This document shows, piece after piece, positions 54,766-64,000 of a DNA stretch of 64,000 nucleotides. The position numbers and the translations under genes are program-made. The notes below the pieces were generated by a model. It made no database searches and was not told the origin of the DNA. It saw only the letters and a list, made by a program, of their open reading frames with translations. Position 1 is the first letter of the stretch. The number at the start of each line of letters is the position of its first letter. The DNA is from Octopus vulgaris (Eukaryota): the NCBI GenBank assembly GCA_951406725.2, contig OX597830.1:3348001-3412000 (forward strand). Direction: 5' to 3'.

Positions 54766-55292
54766 TCAAGAAGATTCACAAAGAAGATCGTCTCTTTGCA
54801 ACAGCTCAGCTACTGGGAAAGGTTGAAACAGCTAAGACTCTACTCCCTGGAGAGAAGACAGGAGAGGTATGCAGTAATATATGTCTGGAAGATCCTGGAA
54901 GGAATTGTGCCAAATTTTGGCATTGTAAGCTACACCAATGCTAGAACGGGATGACACTGCATAGTGCCAAAGATCCCAGCAATGCCATCACGCTTCAGGA
55001 CCAGCTTCTGTAACAGCCTGGGTTTCAAGGGCCCACGGCTTTTCAATATTCTCCCAAAGAGTCTGAGGAACTTGCACAAAGTAGATGTAGCAGTTTTTAA
55101 ATCAAAGCTGGACATCTTCCTGTCAAGAGTCCCAGATGAACCTACCTCGCGGCAAGAGGTGCAAATGAGAGTAGCTATATCAAACTCCATTCTTCACCAA
55201 GTGCCACATATTAGACGAAGTTCTTCGTAATAACAGTGTAGCACAAAACGGCGGTGCATCAGCATGGCCGCAGCTCTGAGCTGAAACTAGAA
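54766..55292 (+). mobile_element. 5'-truncated non-LTR LINE, RT C-terminus and short 3' UTR (clade not assigned)
   Basis: RFTKKIVSLQQLSYWERLKQLRLYSLERRQERYAVIYVWKILEGIVPNFG...GPRLFNILPKSLRN...FKSKLDIFLSRVPDEP...NSILHQ. Confidence 0.85.
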
Positions 55293-55363
55293 AAAATATA
55301 TATATATAAATGTATATATATATGATATATGTATGTATATATATATATATGTGTGTGTATATA

Positions 55364-55422
<59 letters not shown>

Positions 55423-55611
55423 GAATATATATATATATGTGTATATATGTATATATATGTTAATTGTTATCGCCATATTAATATGGCATTCTTATAGATA
55501 TAAGAATAATCGCTGCCATGGTCAGCTCCATGAGGCCACAGCCATCAAGATAGCTATTCATACACGATCTGTATCCATTATAACCTTCGAACATATGTAT
55601 ATATGCATATA

Positions 55612-55698
<87 letters not shown>

Positions 55699-55845
55699 GC
55701 ATATATGGGTACAGGACATCAAAAGAACGTTGATCACAATGAGAAACGAAAACATAAAAACAAAAACATAGAAACGAGACATGCAACACACGGAATATTC
55801 CTCTTCTTCAGTTGTCTCTTTTTTTTATCTACTTCGTGTTTCGAA

Positions 55846-55906
<61 letters not shown>

Positions 55907-57080
55907 TTTGAATTTTGATGTTGATGATGTTTTAGTTCAGTAGTATATCTTTCTAGAATTTCCATGAGAATTCTATGACCAGCTTCACCAGTTAACCTTT
56001 TAGACTTTTTTTATCAATTTATTTTTCTCCTTTGTTCTTGTTTTGAAAAGAAACCTAACTTCAAGCAACTTTTTACAGATCAGTTTTTAGACACAGTCTT
56101 CTAAACCAGGCAATGTATGGAGGGGGTTGAAAGTTTGAGTTTGCACGCCACAAAAATTTTAAGGGGTGCAAACGCACCTCCTACAACCCCTGTTCCTGGG
56201 CCCTTGGTTGAAATATTAGTTATTGCGCAGCCACCAGGGAGAAAGGTTTTTGGCTGGGTCTGGAACAAGCTTTGCTCAGTTGTGCTAAATAATCTATCAT
56301 AATGAGGACAATACAGAGTTATCTACCCTATGTAATTAGTGAAAAATTAATTATTCACAAATGATTATGATAAGAATTTTGTTTCCCCTAATACTGAAGT
56401 ATTTTGCTTTTTGATATTAACAAAAAAAAAAAATAAATAAAATAGGGCACCATTTTTCTTCCTCAAGAGATTAAAATATTTTATTGTTGTCAGGTTCCAG
56501 ACTGGCTGTTTACAAATATCAATTATTCAAGACAAAAAAAAACTAGTTTTTGCACACTTTTAATATGATAATTGTTTCAAGGTATATTTAAACAATTATC
56601 ATGTGTGTGTGTGTGTGTGTTTGTATGTATATATATTTGTATGTATATATACACATATATAATATATATATACAAATATATATATTCATATACACATGTT
56701 TGTATGTATATATATATATATATACATACATATGTGTGTATATATACACACACACATGTATGTGTATATATATATACATACATGTGTGTGTATATATATG
56801 CACACACATGTATGTGTATATATATATATATATACATTTATCTACATATATTGCATAAGCTACATATATATCTATTTACATACATACACAAGTTTATTAT
56901 GTTTTTATTTCTCCTTTGTCAGTTGTTATGTTTCAATGTTGCAGTCCAAAGTTCGTCAGTTTCGCTATGACTGATTCAGCCATTAAGATATTACCTTTTA
57001 GCATTGTCTCAAGGCCAGTCATTTGGTAGTGGAAGGGATGCAGTAGACAACTGAATCGGTCATAGTACATGACTGGTACT

Positions 57081-57240
57081 CACTAGCAGAGATACAGGGT
57101 GAGGGCAGTCCATCCCAGGCAGCACTTTTAAAGGGGCCACACTTTGGGGCCTGTTGTAGGCAATATGTGATTTTTGTGGTGTGTGGGCGTGAGAAACAGA
57201 AGTGCTGCCCCGGGTGGCACACACTCTTGCTACACTAGTG
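57081..57240. mobile_element. hAT-type MITE nested in a SINE
   Basis: Ends CACTAG...CTAGTG; exact 8-bp TSD CTGGTACT at 57073-57080 and 57241-57248. Confidence 0.85.
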
Positions 57241-57415
57241 CTGGTACTGCTTTTTATCAAGCACAGAATGATAAAAGGCAGAGATGACCTCAGTTGGATT
57301 TGAACTGAGAACACAAAGAGCTGGACTATATGCCATGAGATGTTTTTGCTAGTGCTCTAATGATGTTACCAATTCACCACTCTGTTTAAACATTGAAATA
57401 ATAATAATAATAATC

Positions 57416-57454
<39 letters not shown>

Positions 57455-57643
57455 GTTCAGCCCCATTACATGGTACCTTGGTCAGGTTGAACATCCACTA
57501 AAGCTTCAGGCTGACCAAAGCTTTGTCAGTGGATTTGGTCCATAGAAACTGAAAGAAGTCCATTGTGTGTGTGTGTGTGTGTGTATGTGCTTGTGTGTGT
57601 CTATCTGTTTTCCCTTGTCTTGTTATCATGCAATGATTGTAAA

Positions 57644-57939
57644 CAATGGTGGACTGGGTCTCAAAATATTGGTTGCCAGTAGACTAAGGGGTGGAGCCTA
57701 CCTGCAACTACAAGGGGTCCCACCCACAACTACAATACTATCATTTAATTTTTTCTTTTTGCTAGAGTATTCCTTTCAACTGTCTACAAACGCAGCCAGG
57801 CTGAAATAATTAATGCATTCTTCCAGGATTGAATAAGAAATTCTCAAACTTGAAGGGATGGGCCCCCATATATGGATTCTAATGGCACAGAGGCCCACAT
57901 GCCATCAGGCAAGCTGACAACCTGGCCAGTTCACCACTG
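57644..57939. mobile_element. hAT-type MITE
   Basis: TIRs CAATGGTGGACTGG / CCAGTTCACCACTG; 8-bp TSD ATTGTAAA / ATTATAAA. Confidence 0.75.
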
Positions 57940-60194
57940 ATTATAAACAGGCATTGCCCTCATGCAAGTTATGGGGTTGGTTTCCAGGTATCTGGCCATA
58001 GAAAAACTGCCTCAGCATTTTGCATCTGACCTGTGCAACATTTAGAAAAGTGGATGTTAAATACTGACAATGATGGTGACATTGATGATGGCAATGGTGG
58101 TGATGATGGTGGTGATAGAATCAGTAGAGTAGCAATCCTAAAAAGTCATATGGCACCAAATTAGTTCCTGAGTTCAAATCCTGCTTATGTTACCTTTTTG
58201 TTTCATTCCTCCAAGGTTAAAGGGAAAAGAAATGACAATCACAAAATAAACTGGGATATTTTCTACTCTAGTCACAAAGCCTGAACTTTTGGGGAAGGGG
58301 CCAGTCGATTAGATCAAACCCAGTACACAACTGGAAACTTAATTTATCGACCCCAAAAGAATGAAAGGTAAAGTTGACCTTGGTGAAATTTGAACTCAGA
58401 AGGTAAAGACAGACGGAATACTGCTAAACATTTCACCTGGCATGCTAACAATTCTGCCAGCTCTGACTGCATTTCTTGAGAATGGTACCACTGTTGGTTC
58501 ATACTTGAAGAACTGAAACAAATAAAAAGAAAAGATCTTAAGAATTGTCAGTAGCAAATATTTTGAGTGTGTGACTTTGTAAGTTTGAAATATTATGAAG
58601 AATATTGCTTTCCTTTTCCTGACTGACCACAGAAATCAGTTGTAAATTAAATGAAATTAGGTGTGAGAAATTAGAGTTATAATTTTCCTTGAAAAATGGA
58701 ATTGAGAAAAGAGACTTTAGTTTTCATTTTTGTAAATTATTTTCATCTTTTTCTGTAATCTTTTGTATAGTTAATTTGATGTGAATTTTTGATAGGAGGC
58801 AAAGAAGTTTTTGTATTCTTTGCTCACATCAACTGAGCTTCAAAGATTGATTGACATCTGCATTGAATTAACAGGTCTGAAATTACTTTTTACAATTGTC
58901 TGACAGAGAATAATTTTCTCGCAAATTTGTCGAATTTTGATTCCACATTCAACGAGAGTAAGTAACTAGAAAGGTATTGAGAAGGCAATATTACCTTCTG
59001 GATCAATTAATGTCGGTTTTGCATAACCTCTTCTTCAAAATTACACAATATCTTTCACTGAACACTCATCTGGAAGAAAAAGTTTGTTTTAAAATAGGAA
59101 ATTGATTACTTAAAATCAGAAAATAAATGTCTTAGGAATATTGAAAGTGATAGAATTTGAAGAGAATATCTGCAGTCTTTTCATTTAGTTTGAATTTAAA
59201 ATTTTGAAATGATATCCTAAGAGTCCAATTAAAATCCATTCTACACAGATTAAAAGTTTACACCTATCATCACAGAACAAAAATTGATTTCCTCTATATT
59301 CCAATCTAGTGAAAGTGATATTAATAATAGTTTTTAAAAATGACAGTATAATAACATTAAAATTCGCAAAATCTGTCAGTAGTTTTAGATTTTTCAAATA
59401 GAAAGGAAATAAAATTATGCTTATTTTCCATTAGTAGTTAAGAACATAAATGAATACTTTAAAGTTATTGCCATCTAATCACTTTGCATGTGCTGAGAAA
59501 TAATTATAAAATCTTTCTATATTTCATAATTATCCAAATGAAAAACTAATATTATTATCAATGCAAATTTTACTACTCATTATGGAAAGAGTTTTGTGTT
59601 TTCTTTTCCTTTCAACTCTTAAAAATACAATTCTGTGTGTTATTGAAGAATGTTCTGTAGTGCAATATTTCTTTAAAATAGTGCTTTAAATTTTAATCAC
59701 TCTTATTATCCCTCAAAGATTTCGATTCCATTATTAATTTCAAAGTAAATTAAGGAACCACAAACCTAATTCATTGACAATGGAACAGGGAAAACTTCAC
59801 TAAAATTTATTTCCTTCTCATTTTTACTTCACAGCAGAAATTTCAATAATTTATCTTTTTTATTCAAGGAAATTGTTTTAAACATTTAAATGTGATTTTA
59901 CTGTGATTTTGGTTTCTTATTTTTGTGCTAAACACAAAACAGTTTAAATCAAACATATTGGTAATATTTCGCATAAAATTAAGGCAGCAAGCTGGCAGAA
60001 TCATTAGCAAAAATGCTGCATTTCAACTGTCCTTTTGTTCTGGGTTCAAATTCTGCCAAGGTTGGCTTTGACTTTTATCTTTCCAGGTTCAATAAAATAA
60101 GTACCAGTTAATTACTGGGGTTGATGTAATTGACTTAATCCCTGCCCTGAAATTGCTGGTCTTGTGCTGAAATTTGAAAATAATATTTGATATC

Positions 60195-60680
60195 AAACTT
60201 GCTTTTTTAATTTGGTCTGCAGAAAGGAGCCATGCCCAATGCCTTCAAGACAAGTGAAATCAACAGAGTTGATGCTTTTCTTTGATATTGATAAGTTGAC
60301 ATCTGAAGAAAAAATATAGGAAACGGGATAGGGATTCCAGAGGGACGACATCCTGAGGAGGAAGGACTGGATGTAGGGGTTCATTGGTGGACGAATCTGA
60401 GGTGGGGTGGGGCACTCTATGAAAGAGGAGAAATGTGTGAGTTTGGAGTGCCTGGACATGACATGAGAGCCAACAACTCTGATAAGTAGAGGTCACTGTA
60501 GCAGTAGTAGTGGTAAAATAAGGAAGAGATGGGAAGCAGCAGGTATGTTCTCTTTCTAATTGGAACTTATTGGAAGGTGACTTGAGGTCATTCAGTTCAC
60601 TGACCTCCTTTTGTACAATGTGACCTGGGATGTCTAAATGTGTAACAGTACCACCTAAGATGTGAGGACAATATTCCATT
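60195..60680 (-). mobile_element. Decayed LINE (CR1/L2/Jockey group) RT C-terminus
   Basis: MEYCPHILGG..THLD...VQK.., and PYIQSFLLRMSSLWN...IFSSDVNLSISKKSIN. Confidence 0.65.
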
Positions 60681-61532
60681 GTCGGTGCAAAAGTGGGCAG
60701 CTGAATTTAGGAGATGAAGGGAGAGTCTTGAAGATGGCTCAATGTCTGGACGTCTTGCAACTGCTACTACTAAGGAAAGCATTGGCAATAAATCAAATAG
60801 CCAATGCTGTAAGCATGATCTGTGAGAAAGTTGAGAATATTCTGTGCAATGAATTCGGCATGACAAGGGTTTCTGCTCATTTGGAGTCCTGTCCTCTGAC
60901 ACCTGATCAAAAGTACATCAGGCTGATCACATCACACGAAAATCTGATATTATTTCAGGCAGAGAATGAGTGTCGGGTTAATTATTTTGACAAAGAGACA
61001 ACCCTACTCCTCTGCTCCAAAGAAGGCCAAGGCTGTTTCATATGCAGTGAAGGTGACGGCCTTGGTTTTTTGGGATAGAAAAGGCATCATGTTTATTGAC
61101 TAACTTGAAAAAGACCATCAATGGAGTGTTCTATGCCAATTGACTAAGGTAGTTAAGACGAAAGGGGTCTGGTTTCATCAGGACAATGCTCTAGCACACC
61201 AAGGTCCTTGGTTTCAAAGGCTGTTGTATGTGGCTGGTTTTAAACTGGTTGATTACTCTCCCTACCCACCTGATTTGGCCTCATCTGGGTCTCATCGATT
61301 CTCCAACTTGAATAAACTCTTGGTTTGGAACCAGTTGTGCACTGATGAGGTCACATCTACTGTTGAGGACTTTTTTCACCAACAGCATGACAGCTCCTTC
61401 ACCAATGGGATCTAAGCACCACAAGAAAGGTGTAGACTACAAGGGAGTTCTATGTTGAAGAATAAATATCATTTGGTCATACTCCATGAGAGTATCTCGG
61501 TGAGCCTATGAACTTTTCAGCTGATCCTCGTT
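60681..61532 (+). mobile_element. Decayed mariner transposase with 3' TIR
   Basis: IANAVSM..EKVENIL.NEFGMTRVSA, LTPDQK, VFWD.KG, FHQDNALAH, SPYPPDLASS; end ..ATGAACTTTTCAGCTGATCCTCGT. Confidence 0.85.
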
Positions 61533-61584
61533 AAAATACACAAAATATTTTGACAATTTATTTCATATAATTCCTATTAATATT

Positions 61585-61928
61585 CAATTGCAGCGTGGAA
61601 GGTGTTTATAAGCCATTTAAGAAACACGCAAAAGCCGTTCGATTCACTTCAACATTTAAGTTTAATTTGTCAAAATATTTTCGTCGCTTTCAGACCGTGA
61701 CCTGTTCACTGACAAAAATCCGTGATGCAGCACGGATTTTGTCAGTGAACAGGTCGCGGATTTTAGCGACGAAAATATTTTGACAAATTAAACTTAAATG
61801 TTGAAGTGAATCGAACGACTTTTGTGTGTTTCTTAAATGGCTTACAAACACCTTCCACGCTGCAATTGTTTTCGTTTCAGCACACGATCTCAGATCAAAT
61901 TACTTGCTATGCTAGTACATCTCCGTAA
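61585..61928. mobile_element. Fold-back non-autonomous element (284-bp palindrome + 60-nt tail) with 16-bp TSD; probably PLE-derived
   Basis: Palindrome 61585-61868 centred at 61727/61728; TSD CTATTAATATTCAATT at 61574-61589 and 61929-61944; hammerhead-like motif in each arm. Confidence 0.8.
61738..61787 (+). ncRNA. Minimal type-I hammerhead motif with G3-C8 core (mirror copy 61666-61716, minus strand)
   Basis: tttgtca-GTGAACAG-gtcgc-ggatttta-gcgac-GAAA-ATAT-TT-tgacaaa: 7-bp stem I, 5-bp stem II, palindromic AATATT, UUU triplet. Confidence 0.65.
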
Positions 61929-63924
61929 CTATTAATATTCAATTATATAAAAAAAACAATAACATTTTTATGGACATTAAATGGCTATGAGGGTCCAGTG
62001 GAGTAAAATAAGTATGAAAGGGATCCATAGGCAAAAAATGGTTGAGAACCCCTATTCTAGACAATCAGAACTCTGGTGCCTGTATCAGTGCTTCTTTGTT
62101 TCTAGCAGGATTTTTTTATGATGAATTGCAGAATGCTATGAATTCATCTTGGTTGTAGCCACAGATCAACTCTGATCTCCTGCCAAAAAAAAAGAAAAAA
62201 ACTATCTTCATACATAAATGTGCAATATAAATAAATGATAAAGCTATGTAATATACATATATTTATACAGTTAATAAGTATCGCTAGCACTTCATAAGAA
62301 GCAATTTAGAACCAGAATATTAATGAGGTGGAAAATATCCAATCTAGGAACACATTCTTAAAACATATCCAACTTATGCCAGTATTTACAAATGGACACT
62401 GTTATTGTTGATCGATCAAAACTATGATCAAAGGCATTCCAATTATGACCACCTCCCACAGTAACTTTCTTTATGTAATGTAGTAGGGTATAATTGAAGT
62501 GGGTTTTGACTGCTATTTCTGGTAGGACACTCCCTCAATGTCACTAGATAAATGAATGGAACTGTAAAATATGTGTCTGAGTTTGAAAGCTTCTTTCTTA
62601 TTTCTTTTTCTCTCTTTCCTCTCTTTCTCTCTTTCCTCTCTCACTTTTTCTCATACTTTTCTCTTTTACTCCCCCTTATCTCTCTTTCTCTCTGATATCT
62701 CATCTTTATAATTAGCAGTGTTTTACTTTCCCTTTTCCATGCCTTCATGAGTCAAATTTCTTGAACCAATACCTTCAGTTCATAAACCCTTCCCATCAAT
62801 AACTCTTTTTTTAGTCATCCCATCTGACTTGTAGTCCCTATTCTAAAACCAAGAGACCTCTCTTTCTCTCTCTCTCTCTCTCGTATTTCTTTCATCTCAC
62901 TAAATTTTCCTTTCCTATTCTCTACATCTCTTCGCCCTCTGAATTGTATTTATATCTCATCTCTCTTCCCACCTTATTTCTTTCTTTCTTTCCTCTCTCT
63001 CTCTCTCTCTCTCTCTTCCCGTAATAACTCATCAAATCACAGCAGGTTCCTCCTCTCACTTGAATCTAAATCAATGAAATATATTCCATTCTTCTCTAAA
63101 CCAAGGAAACTCTTGTCAGATCTATTTAGCTGTCATTGTGTGGTACCTACTTACAGCTTGGTGGACTGCTGCAATATTAGCTTCAATAAAGCTTCTGGCA
63201 TCACAATGGATAGAGACCATTGGTGAAAGAGGATTTGCCAGTATCGAATGTACATCTCTTTACATTGTGGACATTTTCCTTATAGAACTGAAAGATGTTG
63301 CTGTTGTTGGTTTTGTTGTCGTTGTTGTTGTTGTTGTTATTCTTCTTCTTGATCCAAGGTCAACTCTGATCAAACAAAAACATTCCATTCATATTCATCT
63401 GGGCTTTTTAGCTCTATGTAGTACAATATTATCTAATGTGTGCCATCTTTATACAACATGATGGAGTACAATTCAAAGTTGGTCTGCATTACCAACCACA
63501 CACATTTTTTTGTATTATTCTACTTCAGATGTTCCCTAGACACTGACCCTGCAACATTCACATCTGCTTGTTCTGTAAATTCTGTTTCCATCCTTTATTG
63601 ATACCAATCAACCAAATGCTGAAGGAGCTGTGAACACTAAGAACTATTACAGGATTCCTCTTTTTCTCTGTTTTCTTAACTATTTTCAACCAATCAGACT
63701 GCTTCTTTTTAGTACAAAGTCTCTTCTGTAGCAGACAATGTCACGTAATTACCATTTTATGAATTAGTGCTATTATGTAAATTATTTTGGTGCCCAAAAT
63801 TTACACAGAAAAGACCCACTTGAAGCTGCCTGTAGTTTTGTTATCAAACCAGAATTGTCTTGTTGATGCTCAGACTCCTTACTGGTCAGTGATGGATACA
63901 CTCATACCTTATATTTTCAGGAGT

Positions 63925-64000
63925 ATACTCATTCAACCATATCTGTATTTCTGCTAAATACTCATTCAACCGTATCTGTATTTCTACTAAATACTCATTC
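63925..64000. repeat. 33-bp tandem repeat running off the window end
   Basis: ATACTCATTCAACCATATCTGTATTTCTGCTAA x ~2.3. Confidence 0.85.

Noticed and set aside
55700-55850. Split hammerhead halves (GAAACACG.. and CTGAAGAAG..) on the minus strand
   Set aside because: Order and pairing do not yield a complete motif; possibly a pLTR relic but unsupported.
3101-56974. Many 60-150 aa ORFs rich in YI/HT/CV/I repeats as protein-coding genes
   Set aside because: They are translations of (TA)n, (CA)n, (TACA)n and (AAT)n microsatellites.
58700-59360. Charlie-type hAT dimerisation-domain remnant
   Set aside because: Only a faint SYL..VECG-like match across frameshifts.

Overview
Eukaryotic, AT-rich, repeat-saturated DNA. 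The (GAT)n-tailed RTE 3' ends, the two tRNA-like SINE families and the dense (TA)n/(TACA)n/(AAT)n microsatellites resemble a coleoid cephalopod, probably Octopus (inference from recalled repeat families, not searched). No intact host protein-coding gene is supportable; nearly all long ORFs in the track are microsatellite translations or transposon remnants. Recognisable elements are three decayed Penelope-like retroelements (PLEs) of apparently different clades (Neptune-like RT+GIY-YIG at ~573-3250; Nematis-like GIY-YIG at ~23.9-24.7 kb; Naiad-like GIY-YIG at ~27.7-29.1 kb), a Dong/R4 fragment, RTE and other LINE 3' ends, mariner and hAT transposase remnants, Helitron ends, hAT and piggyBac MITEs, and SINEs. 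The most interesting signal is a set of minimal type-I hammerhead-ribozyme motifs in PLE-type terminal repeats whose position 3-8 core pair appears to covary: C3-G8 (27829-27872), U3-A8 (21-56) and G3-C8. The G3-C8 form occurs twice, inside a 284-bp fold-back element with a 16-bp TSD at 61574-61944. Coordinates were read by eye; ends of decayed elements are approximate.
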